DNA from: an uncultured Nitrososphaerales archaeon
Lineage (GTDB): Archaea > Thermoproteota > Nitrososphaeria > Nitrososphaerales > Nitrososphaeraceae
Reading direction: 5' to 3'
Assembly (NCBI GenBank): GCA_963695855.1
Contig: CAVOHZ010000010.1
Location: 1,440,001 to 1,504,000, forward strand
Length of the DNA: 64,000 nt
The notes under the pieces are model-generated. The model saw only the letters and a list, made by a program, of their open reading frames with translations, made no database searches and was not told the DNA's origin. A program made the translations under genes and the position numbers. Numbering within the stretch: the stretch's first letter is position 1; each line of letters begins with the position of its first letter. Shown one piece after another: positions 54,829 to 64,000 of this stretch.

Positions 54829-55308
54829 TTATCCTTCTTCGTTTGTTGATTCGTATCTTATCAATCTTGATCCTTTCTCTAGATGTCTTCTAACATCTGG
54901 GTCGTCTTCCAGATTTACCCTATTTAATCTCCTGTTAATAGTCTTTAACTTTCTAGGCTTGATAAAGTGTTCTACCGTTAGCCTTTTGCTGTCGTATATC
55001 GTTTCTTGGACGTCTCTGATGCCTGCTATCTGAGATTCCTGTTTGGCGTGTACCGTTGCCACTATTAGGCCACAGCGATAGCACTGTACCCAGTTCTCAG
55101 AATCTTGGGGTTTATCACCGTTAATAAGTTCTGAATCATGATAGATACGTTCCTTTAGTACATTATAATGTCCATAAGATTCACAATTAGGACAGTAACT
55201 ATGAGAGAAGTCTTCGCTATCTGAGTAATAATAATTGTTATCAGCAGTAGTTACAAAATAATCTCTTCTCTTTTTAATTCCAGGCATATATCTTCTATTG
55301 TTCTCCAA
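54829..55308 (-). CDS. Zn-ribbon protein
   Basis: CPNC...QCYRCG. Confidence 0.7.
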   Translation of the reverse strand: MENNRRYMPGIKKRRDYFVTTADNNYYYSDSEDFSHSYCPNCESYGHYNVLKERIYHDSELINGDKPQDSENWVQCYRCGLIVATVHAKQESQIAGIRDVQETIYDSKRLTVEHFIKPRKLKTINRRLNRVNLEDDPDVRRHLEKGSRLIRYESTNEEG

Positions 55309-55484
55309 TCATGCATGATATAGCCGCAATCCCAACACTGTAACCAGTCATAAGAGTCCTGTGGTAATTCGCCATTAATTAATTCCTCTTTTCTGTATAG
55401 ACGGGGAATTAATTGAACATGAATTCCTGCTTCTAGACAACGAGGACACCAACTTGTTTCACTTTCCTTACAATTTCCTGGCAT
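55251..55484 (-). CDS. Zn-ribbon protein, tandem paralog of 54829
   Basis: CPRC...ELING..PQDS..W.QC..CG shared with 54829. Confidence 0.7.
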   Translation of the reverse strand: MPGNCKESETSWCPRCLEAGIHVQLIPRLYRKEELINGELPQDSYDWLQCWDCGYIMHDWRTIEDICLELKREEIIL

Positions 55485-55503
55485 TTATCTATCCACCTCT
55501 TTA

Positions 55504-56928
55504 TCACTCCCTCAGTATCACACCTCTTAAAGATAAACGTAAGGAGTCTAAAAAATCTGAGTATATGGTGATATTCTTGTCAAGATCGAACTCGGTACCG
55601 TACGCAGATTTTAAGGATAGTATCAGTTTCTGGTACTTGGGATCTATTGCAATCTTCTTCTTTGATAGAAGATTATATGTCCATTCTAACATTGATTTGT
55701 GATTTTTTTGAAAGGAAATAGGAATAATATAATTATCATAAATTGATACGTCTTCGGATCTTTCCCATGTTAAAGATTCCCCGAACCTGGATTTTAATTC
55801 GTTGGTGAAACCTCTATTGGCAGAATCTACGAAAAACAGGCAGTTGGGTATCTGTGTATGTATTTGAAATATTCTGTCCGCCACGACTGAAGGACTTGCC
55901 TTATCATGTTCTTCCGATAGTATGACCCTTACTACCTGGTTCTCTAAATCTATCTCACAAACGGTTATGGCTGTAATAGACGAACTAAAGCCTGGATCAA
56001 TACCTGCAGGATGCAGACATCCATGATTGATAGGCAACTCGCTGTATTGCACACCTAACTGGACCGCTGTATCGATATCCTGCAAACTGAAGATATTGCC
56101 TATACGACCCTGGTATTTGAGACAGTATTCACGTTCAAAGTATGCCTCATTCTTTTCTCGTTCAATGAAAGCAGAATCGTATATCTTGTTAAGGCCTACA
56201 GTATAATGGAGGAATATTTTATGAAAGAAGTCTTTGAATATTTCGTTTCTCTCTATACGATCAAATAATCCTAATGGTTTATTCGGTGTACTTGCCACTA
56301 TAATTTTACACTTGCTTTTCTCCTCGTATGCCTTGATAACATATTCTAGTTCAAATTGTTCTGCAGGATCAAAAAAGTCAGCCTCATCAATGAACAGATA
56401 AGAAACGTCCGTGTAGCCTCTAAGGTCCTGTATTCTCTTCGTAGGAAATACCTTAATCCAGGTTTTGCCTAGCATTAATTCCGTGTACTTGGATTCAAAA
56501 TGAACATTAGGAAAATTGCGTTCAAATAAATTCTCTAATCTAATCTTTATGTTATTACTGAAATCTTCCCGTGTCCCAGATACCAAAAATATAGACTTAC
56601 CATGTAGTTTGTCAGAAGATAAACAGGACCACGCCAAATAGCGTAAAATCAGAGTTGTGAGGCCTATACCCCTAGCCTTTTTTACCCCTACATGCTGATT
56701 CCCTTCGATTGCATCAATGATATCTTTTTCATAGGAAAAAAGTGGGTATTCCTTGTTATTCTTGAGTGGCCATCCAATCAGACAATTAAAACAATCATCA
56801 ACATGGTTATGATTTTCGATTTCAAAATAGAAGGGTTTACCTTTGAATATCTCTAATTGGATAGGTTCAGCCGATTCAGCGAAACCTATTGAAAGAACAT
56901 CACTTGCCTTCTTGAAGCAGTTCAGCAT
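55504..56928 (-). CDS. terL: Terminase large subunit (packaging ATPase plus RNase H-like nuclease)
   Basis: VKKARGIGLTT (Walker A-like), LFIDEA (Walker B), ASTP (motif III), GIDPG, FVDSA, SDFLDSLR. Confidence 0.85.
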   Translation of the reverse strand: MLNCFKKASDVLSIGFAESAEPIQLEIFKGKPFYFEIENHNHVDDCFNCLIGWPLKNNKEYPLFSYEKDIIDAIEGNQHVGVKKARGIGLTTLILRYLAWSCLSSDKLHGKSIFLVSGTREDFSNNIKIRLENLFERNFPNVHFESKYTELMLGKTWIKVFPTKRIQDLRGYTDVSYLFIDEADFFDPAEQFELEYVIKAYEEKSKCKIIVASTPNKPLGLFDRIERNEIFKDFFHKIFLHYTVGLNKIYDSAFIEREKNEAYFEREYCLKYQGRIGNIFSLQDIDTAVQLGVQYSELPINHGCLHPAGIDPGFSSSITAITVCEIDLENQVVRVILSEEHDKASPSVVADRIFQIHTQIPNCLFFVDSANRGFTNELKSRFGESLTWERSEDVSIYDNYIIPISFQKNHKSMLEWTYNLLSKKKIAIDPKYQKLILSLKSAYGTEFDLDKNITIYSDFLDSLRLSLRGVILRE

Positions 56929-57356
56929 GTTCTAGTTTTGCCTTTATCTGTGCTATGACTGGTGTACCCAGACTTAGTTCCTGCAGCAGTTTAACATTCT
57001 CTCTAATTTCATATCTCAATTTCATTATTAATTCTTGATTCTTTACATGCGTAGGTTTATTTTGTTCTAAGTAATCACGAATTGTATCATTCTGTACCAT
57101 CTCAACCACTTCAATTATTTGCTGATGCTTGACTACAAAGCCGACTCTGGAAAAGTAGGACATCCATTGATTGGCGTACTGCCCTGAATCTACCTGTTTC
57201 TTCCTGCGGTAATATGTCTCTACTGATATCTGCTTTCCAAGTCTGGCATGTATGTATGTATGCTAAGGCTTCTTTCTCAGATAAACCGTAATTTACGGTA
57301 TCCGCTACCAATGGCATAAGTATTTGTTTCTCTTTGGCTGTGAAACTTCCTCCCAT
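56900..57356 (-). pseudogene. TerS-like HTH protein split by one extra 4-bp unit in an (ATGT)n run
   Basis: Removing 4 bp at 57248-57262 gives one 150-aa ORF: LSEKEALAYIHARLGKQISVETYYRRKK...WMSYFSRV; overlaps the TerL start. Confidence 0.7.
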
Positions 57357-57397
57357 TTACTTCGTCTGCACCTCGTACCTTGACAAATTAACTGTTA

Positions 57398-58480
57398 TCA
57401 TTTTTTATTTAAATATTCAATCAGTTTTTCCCTACGCATTGGCGGGATTTGTTTGTTCGCTGCAATCTGTAACGCTCTCTTTATTCTGTGGTTGTAATTG
57501 ACTGATCTATCCAACTTTTCCATTTCATTGCATTTGTCTAACCACTCTCTAATTATTTTAAATGATTTCTCAAATTCCTTTTTCTTGACTACTATAAGGT
57601 AAGGTGCTAAGACAAGATCAATCGTTCGCTTTCTGCAATCTTTAATTGGTGCATTTAATAACTTTTCAATCCATTCATAATAATTTGAATCAAATAAATT
57701 ATTTGGTTTACGATTTTTCCATATTTTTTCATCTTCTAATCTTTTGTTTAATTTCTTCTTGATTAGATAACCTTGGAATTCTATTATTAACGCCTTGGTT
57801 ACTCTGGGCCTTATACCATTCCACTTCTGCAATATCTTAACCTGTTTATTACGTTTGTAGTTTATGGAGCCTGGGATCCTTAACAAGCAGGACCTAAAAG
57901 AAGGATTGTGTGACTTGTCCGCTTTACCATTCGATAGAAAATCTTTATAGAATCTTAGGAATTGTTCAGAAGGCTTATCGCCGTATTCGTTGAATTCCTT
58001 GATTCCCTCCAAGGCGGGACATTCTACTGGCTGTATTACATGGTATCCGCCCCCGCTGTGTAGGACCGTAGGGCTAGCCGAATCGCCTAACCATTCTTTG
58101 ATATTCTTCAAGGTTCTATCAAGTGCAACCCGTAAACTTTTACAAGATTTGAAACCTTGTAAATCTAAATCTATGAATATTAAATCAGGTTTCCAGAATA
58201 AACCCCCTGTTTTCAGGTCCGAATAGTAAAAGGCGTTAATTCTGCAATCTTCATAATTGGATTCTTTAAAGTAGTCTAACGCTTGTTCTTTCGAATTAAC
58301 TTCTTTCTGCACCATTGTTTTAGGAGTCATTATGGTTCTTGGGAATACTGGACTCGAAAAATGGGATAAAAGAAAGTCTAAACCCTGTGAAGGTGTGAAG
58401 GGTGTGAAGGCCCCTAGGATAGGGGGGTAGGTGTTTTTAGAACTTTTTTGTTCTATTTTTGCAGCAGAAGCAGTGGTCAT
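57398..58480 (-). CDS. Archaeo-eukaryotic primase (AEP) with PriX-like C-terminal domain
   Basis: IFIDLD (DxD), SGGGYH, LLRIPGSIN; WIEKLL..PI.D.RK......LAPYL. Confidence 0.8.
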   Translation of the reverse strand: MTTASAAKIEQKSSKNTYPPILGAFTPFTPSQGLDFLLSHFSSPVFPRTIMTPKTMVQKEVNSKEQALDYFKESNYEDCRINAFYYSDLKTGGLFWKPDLIFIDLDLQGFKSCKSLRVALDRTLKNIKEWLGDSASPTVLHSGGGYHVIQPVECPALEGIKEFNEYGDKPSEQFLRFYKDFLSNGKADKSHNPSFRSCLLRIPGSINYKRNKQVKILQKWNGIRPRVTKALIIEFQGYLIKKKLNKRLEDEKIWKNRKPNNLFDSNYYEWIEKLLNAPIKDCRKRTIDLVLAPYLIVVKKKEFEKSFKIIREWLDKCNEMEKLDRSVNYNHRIKRALQIAANKQIPPMRREKLIEYLNKK

Positions 58481-58985
58481 TCCCAGGGATTCCCCCTAGG
58501 TACCAGTTGTGATTTACGCCAAGGTTTTTCATTTACAACAATAAATAATTCTGTTCTGTTTAAGTCTTCGATATACTGCAGGGATGGATGTAACGGTTGT
58601 TTAGGGTGATTGCTATGACAGTGTCTATTGTAATCGTATAGGGTTATGAACTCACTATTGAAACTTGGACAGTTTTGATGGTGACACCTTAACCTTTTAC
58701 CTTCCTTCAAGTGTTCAAGAATCTTTTGTCTGTTCTCAGAATCAAGATAACCATAACTAAAGAATGAAGGTGCTCCTGCTTCCCTTTCCCTTGCAGATAA
58801 TTCCTTCTTTTGCTTGGGTGTTAGTGTCAACGTAGGATTTACCAAGGTGGACTACCCTCCCGCCATTCGCCTTTCTCCCCAAATTGATAGTGTATCTCAT
58901 CCGCCGCTTCGGCTCCCTCGTCACTTTTTTCAAAATCAGGGGTACCCCCTTCCTCAGATGTCTTCACACTATTCACGCCTTCACC
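58386..58985. other. Candidate replication origin: two inverted triplets of NGTGAA(G/T)R iterons
   Basis: 58386-58410 plus TGTGAAGG x3; 58985-58961 minus GGTGAAGG/CGTGAATA/TGTGAAGA; same 8 then 9 bp spacing; each followed 10 nt later by AGGGGG. Confidence 0.6.
58477..58845 (-). CDS. C2H2 Zn-finger protein
   Basis: C....C.....F.....Y..H....HP; overlaps the primase start. Confidence 0.7.
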   Translation of the reverse strand: MVNPTLTLTPKQKKELSAREREAGAPSFFSYGYLDSENRQKILEHLKEGKRLRCHHQNCPSFNSEFITLYDYNRHCHSNHPKQPLHPSLQYIEDLNRTELFIVVNEKPWRKSQLVPRGNPWE

Positions 58986-60789
58986 TTCCTCTTCGGGCTC
59001 TGATTCTGACTCTTCATCATCATCTTCTGATTCTTCTGATGATGATTGAGTATGATTGAGTAGTTGTTGTTGTTATTTCCTTAACAATTATTCTGGTTTT
59101 ATCATTCTCTATATCCGACTTTACCAGTTCCTTAATTACGGTACGGTCAAATACCAAGATGTTTCCTTTATCGCCATGCTTTATACTTGCACCAAAGCAA
59201 TCACAAACCATGCCGGATATCGTTGTCCTGTATAAAGTCCCATAATCGTCTGTATGAAATTCATTAGGCTTATGCAGGTCTGGCAGTCCTGGAATCTCGT
59301 TGATTATTGCCTTCCAAAAGTCTAGAGAAGATACTTGATTCGTATTCTCGGTTAATTTATCAATTATTGGCAGTAGAACGGATTCGATTGATGATTGTTT
59401 TTTATTATTCTTGATGTCCAAAAATGTTTGGAGCGTCTCAACTACTTCATTCTGACATTTGCATCCATGAAAGAGTTGGACGCAGTATTTTACAAGTTGC
59501 CTATCCCTTCCTTCAACTCCTATATCTAAATCTGGAATCATCTCCTTGAAATGCATTAATCTGTAAACCAGCAACAACTTTCGAAAGTTCATAATCTCCT
59601 GCAGCAATCTCTTATTATCGGGTCCGCCTGTGTTAGTAGGATTCAGGACTTCCAGGATATCATGTTTTATACTTCCCTTGAAACAGTTGATAGAAAAGAT
59701 TCTCGAATTAACACCTTTTGCAATTGATTGATTCAGTGACCTTTCAGATATAATTATTTTAGGACAGTATGTAAAGTGGCGTTCAGATTTTGATGTGTAT
59801 TGGTTGATTTTAGGAGTCCATCCTCCATATGAGAAACCCGTCTTCAATACTGCCATTAATTCAGGCGACTTGTCTATCTTGTCAGCCTCTTCCAGTACCA
59901 TGGTACACTGCATAGACTCCACCATTCCTAGCGATCTAAATAAGTTGGGTGCGCTTGGGTCTGTCATTACTGCGGCCCTATACGCTAACCCCCTAAGTGT
60001 CTCTGCAATAGACGTCTTACCGCTTCCATTACCACCAACCAGATAAAGATAATGAGTTGTTGAGAACCTATCTTGAAAGTGTGAGGTGATTATGTTTATT
60101 GCTATTAATTTTAATTTGTGTGGTAACTGGTTGTTATATCTAGAAACTATTTTGTAACATGTCTTATAGAGATAATCTCGGTCTATGTCGTTATCTTCAA
60201 TGAACCTGGCGATACCGTTAATCTCATCCAGACTATCAAATTCATAAGGTAAGTGTGGACATTCTTCTATTGCCGGAGGTACTAGGATTCTAGTGGCCTC
60301 TTCTATCTTATCAATTCCTTCAAATGTTCCTGTATTATTGTTGAATCTTATGTATGTCGCGAATCCTGCAATAAACACAGATTCATGCAGTTCACCTCTT
60401 CCCATCTCGGAGTATTTGAAAGTTGAAATGAGTTGCTTTGGTTTTTCTTCGTCTTCCTCTTGTGTCTGTTCTTTAGACTTATTATTACTAGTGTTATTAG
60501 GAGATGTTAAAATATCCTCATTATCGTTCAGGAATCTGTAAAATATTGACCTCTGTGTCTTATCGGTGTACCCATATACCTGGGCTTGGTCCCACACTAT
60601 CTTGATATTACGTGGCCAATCATCTATTATCGGTGTAAATACTATATCGGCGTTTATCTTTCCATTTAATGATATTTTTACACGGTTTCTATCAGGATAA
60701 TAAAACCCCTCTTTAATCAATTCGCTATTCTTGACTTCTGGACTTTGCTTTAATTCTCTAACGTTATTATTTTCTTCGTTGGTAGTCAA
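58839..60789 (-). CDS. AAA+/P-loop replication helicase-like ATPase; a 10-bp duplication at 59043-59062 removes the acidic tail (current stop 59020)
   Basis: LYLVGGNGSGKT, VLEEAD, SR arginine finger; the other frame continues SSEESEDDDEES...PPW-stop at 58839, overlapping the next start. Confidence 0.75.
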
Positions 60790-61043
60790 CTGAAAAACAC
60801 CCCTTCTAGTAGCGCTTTACCAGACATGATTTCGTAATTGTACTTTATTCCGCTATCTTTACAAACCCAACACGGACATTTGGACCTGGTAATTATTGTC
60901 TTTCTACTACCATTGTTAGTTTCTTGTGTAAACTGACTTACTTTAGGTAAGTTTAATAAATTGTTTTGGGTATCAATAATCACAAGTTCGCCATTACTCG
61001 TTTGTCCACTGGATTTCTTGCCAGTGGCCTTTTTTATCCTCAA
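60786..61043 (-). CDS. Hypothetical protein (CPCWVC), first gene of the replication operon
   Basis: Stop overlaps the helicase start (TTGA). Confidence 0.55.
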   Translation of the reverse strand: MRIKKATGKKSSGQTSNGELVIIDTQNNLLNLPKVSQFTQETNNGSRKTIITRSKCPCWVCKDSGIKYNYEIMSGKALLEGVFFS

Positions 61044-61167
61044 ATTTTGTTACGCCCTCCGACCGATAATATTATGTCTAACAGTGTACCTAATCATCGG
61101 TTGACCTAGGACCAGCAGAGCCAACGATAATCCTAGGCCGCCGGAGGGGGTGCTAGCGTAATAAATT
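61042..61167 (-). ncRNA. Predicted three-way-junction structured leader RNA
   Basis: Stems CCCTCCG/CGGAGGG, CCTAGGA/TCCTAGG, ACCGATGAT/ATTATCGGT (G-U pair only on minus), outer TTACG/CGTAA. Confidence 0.5.
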
Positions 61168-61179
61168 CGCAAATATTTG

Positions 61180-61210
61180 CATTTTTTGACATTTTTTGAC
61201 ATTTTTTGAC
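61180..61210. repeat. (CATTTTTTGA)x3 direct repeat
   Basis: Direct reading. Confidence 0.9.
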
Positions 61211-61358
61211 GAACAATTGCAGCACAATCGCAAAATACAGTACAAACCTTTAAAGGTGAATTTTTACTATCTTTCATTGACGTTCACTTCTGGTAGCGGT
61301 GCCGGTTGCTGTCGTCGTCCGTTGTTGCTGTCGTGCGTTCGCTTCGAATCACGATATT

Positions 61359-61389
61359 GGCTTTGGCCGAGGTAATGGGCGGCCAAGCC
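61359..61389. terminator. GC-rich hairpin followed by TTCTTTT near the right end of element B
   Basis: GGCTTTGGCCG...CGGCCAAGCC. Confidence 0.4.
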
Positions 61390-61934
61390 TTCTTTTAATA
61401 ATATTATCATCCTTTACTTTCAGTCTCCAATGGTTTTGATGTTTTCTCTAAAAGTTGGAGTTACAACATCATTCAAACTATCCTATGATGTTCCCATGTT
61501 TCTGAGTCTTTGAAAATTTATATCGTCTACAAGTATGTGATGCGTTTTTTTATTATGTTTTGTTTGTTGAGAAGTAGTAATAATCGTACTCATAGTTAAA
61601 AATATTAAGAAGTAACTTACTTATTAATTATAGTTTTTGATTGATTTTTTGTCTATTTACCCATGTTAGGGGTACAAATTTCAGTCACAATCTATAAATA
61701 CGGAACAACCAAAGAACTGCTAAATGAGAACATAAACCAAGACGGCTCCTAACTTACCATGATAAGAACATAGGAAACATATCCTAACAAAATAAACAAT
61801 AATAACATAAGAAAAATAATCTCTTGCTCACAATTTAATGTCAAACTTTTAATGTAGACTATTGGTTTACTAAAAGCGCCAAAAAAAATGTTAGCAAAAA
61901 AGATAATTGATTAAAAGATATATAATATGTTTTA

Positions 61935-62321
61935 TTATAGGTGAAGTAAAGTATCAACTGGTTGGATGGAGATCACACCAATCTTTTTTTCACTCTTGTC
62001 ATTTATATGTTTAAGTTTTTGTACTAACTCCTCTAGAATATCTGACTGTGCTATGGTTACTATAGTCTTGCGATTTGAGGATATAGTAGCAGTTTGTCCT
62101 CCTGCTTTTCCTGACCTTATTTTTTGCTTGGACTGTCCATAACCATGCGAGTCATATAATGTGGCCTCTAAGTTTAAACTCTCAATTCCTGAAATTATTT
62201 CATCAACTTGTTCGGGACTAGCAAAAATTTCTATCTTTTTTAAACCTGCTTTAATTTTATTTTCATCTGTCTTTTCAGATTTGTCTATTTCGAAAGGTAA
62301 AACAGCTTTTTTATCTGTCAT
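61935..62321 (-). CDS. Divergent P-II (GlnB/K-like) signal protein
   Basis: LKKIEI.......VDEI......T.....GYG, G.ISIQPV C-terminus. Confidence 0.7.
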   Translation of the reverse strand: MTDKKAVLPFEIDKSEKTDENKIKAGLKKIEIFASPEQVDEIISGIESLNLEATLYDSHGYGQSKQKIRSGKAGGQTATISSNRKTIVTIAQSDILEELVQKLKHINDKSEKKIGVISIQPVDTLLHL

Positions 62322-63437
62322 TATAAAAATATATAATTACAATCTAAATAAAGTATTTGTTTATAAAATTTTTCATATTTTTTGTACCCCTCACAGCGGT
62401 TACTTGGATATTGCTACTCGTTAAAATTTATTATTCTAGTTATCAGCAGATTTCCATATAACTTGAATACTTTGTCATGATTTCATTAAATTCCGTCTAT
62501 CTATCAATAACAAGAAAACCCATCATTTCTCTAGTATTAGTATATATAGAAATGCACGTCTAAAAATAATTTATAATTCTAGATTTAAAAACAGTTCTTT
62601 TACTTCTTCTAGTTGCTTATGGCGTGTTTCGACCAAACTCAATCCTCAATGCTATATTTATCAAGGATATCTAAATTCTTAATCATATTAATCCAGTCCT
62701 GACTTATCGTGAAAAAATTAAACGGATCCAATATGTATTTTTTTATTTATCGATTAGTCACATCCAACGCAGACGACGAGGATATATTGCTTAAGGAAAG
62801 TATTGCCGAGTTTTAATCATACCAGTTTGTGAATGTTCTATCTCCGTAAATTTTCGGCAGCAAAAAATTGTCAATATATTCAGAATAACAAATACCGGAA
62901 AACCACAAGTATTTCACATCCTGTTTTCAGTATATTTCTCTATATTGTTGTTAATTAATATTCTACAGTTCTTGTTTCCATTTTTCAACTTTGGGTATTT
63001 ACTATTATTGTGATTTTACCTCTCAACTCAAAACTAACTATTTTTTTGTCATTTTATTTATTGTTGCTACTTTTGATAATAGTAATAATAATTTCTTTCG
63101 TTATTTTTCTACTAGAACTCTAACAACCCTACAATTATGTCGTCAAATCAATCTAGGTTACGATGCCTCTCACTATGTCTTCTTAACCATTGAGTCTCTT
63201 CATTTAACTGGATTAATCTGATTTCTTTAGTACTAATAGCAGATATATGTTAATAGTACTGATTGTATTAGGTATATTTTTTATTTTTAGGAAATCATTT
63301 CTTATTCTTATTATCTATATATAGTCAAGATAATTAATTACTGTGATTCATACACCTAAATATTTTCTATATCATGATTACTAAGACAAACCCAGCTAAA
63401 ATTTTTATACATTGATCAAGCAAGAAAAGAGGATTAT

Positions 63438-63815
63438 ATGTACATAAAAAAGATTTTGACTTTGAGTATAATAATGACAAGCATGCTATTCACTGGTATT
63501 TTATCGAATCCAACAACGGTTGCGATCGCTCAGCAACAAGAATCAGTAACAATTACGCAGGGTGCAGCTGATGAAGGCAATCTCGAGCCATTTTTGCCAC
63601 GTGCAGTTAATGTTATGCCAGGAAGCATAGTTTCATGGACAAATGAGGATTCTATACCACACACGGTAACTGCTGGAGGAACTGGTGAACCACTATTTCA
63701 CTCAGGTCCTATTTCTCCTGGAATGACATGGGATAATCGGTTTGATTCTACAGGGACATTCGGTTATCATTGTTCGATACATCCATGGATGATGGGGAGG
63801 GTTATGGTTGGGTAA
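63438..63815 (+). CDS. Secreted blue copper (plastocyanin-like cupredoxin) protein
   Basis: F.P....V..G..V.W.N.D..PHTVT, YHCSIHPWM.G. Confidence 0.92.
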   Translation: MYIKKILTLSIIMTSMLFTGILSNPTTVAIAQQQESVTITQGAADEGNLEPFLPRAVNVMPGSIVSWTNEDSIPHTVTAGGTGEPLFHSGPISPGMTWDNRFDSTGTFGYHCSIHPWMMGRVMVG

Positions 63816-64000
63816 TAATTAATCATTCTTTTTGCGCAAGTAATCTAATGCTTTATCCTTATTTTTTTAGGGTTTCAAGTTCCTGTTAATTTTCCTATTT
63901 TTTTGGATTCTATGTTAGACGTTTTATCCTTATCAATATGTTCCTTAATTGAGGATAACACTGGATTGAACTATAAAATCTTGCAAAAGCCGGGTATCGA

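Larger units (their letters stand above)
48300..61400. mobile_element. Integrative element B: integrase, SWIM, RHHs, TerL/TerS-like, primase, helicase; no recognisable capsid
   Basis: Dense overlapping operons, visibly higher GC than the flanks; att sites not found, boundaries approximate. Confidence 0.85.

Noticed and set aside
561-60541. Numerous short antisense or overlapping ORFs in the track (e.g. 1422, 15597, 52461, 59795)
   Set aside because: They lie opposite well-supported genes and have no motifs
61365-61390. GCCGAGGTA...GCCAAGCC resembling a tRNA-Ser 5' end
   Set aside because: No anticodon or T arm follows; better explained as a hairpin

Overview
AT-rich archaeal chromosome segment. 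The gene repertoire points to a soil ammonia-oxidising archaeon of the Nitrososphaeraceae, Ca. Nitrosocosmicus-like (inference). Bases 1-35 kb are a decaying accessory region: MFS transporter, patatin, copA, msrA/msrB, thioredoxin, hydrolases, IS6 and IS630 copies, and many pseudogenes. Bases 35-62 kb hold a family of integrative elements. The most complete one (about 48.3-61.4 kb) encodes a tyrosine recombinase, a SWIM Zn-finger protein, RHH regulators, an AAA+ helicase-like ATPase, an AEP primase, a TerS-like HTH protein and a terminase large subunit, but no recognisable capsid, portal or tail gene. It also carries an inverted iteron-like pair (candidate origin) and a predicted three-way-junction leader RNA, so it resembles an archaeal virus satellite or a minimal packaging element. 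A mirror-image degraded sister element (about 35.4-44.3 kb, its TerL split by an IS5 copy) and two further relics (9.1-10.3 kb and 32.7-33.5 kb) are present. A sulfite-oxidase/moaA cassette lies between the two integrases. All calls come from reading motifs by eye; no database searches were run.
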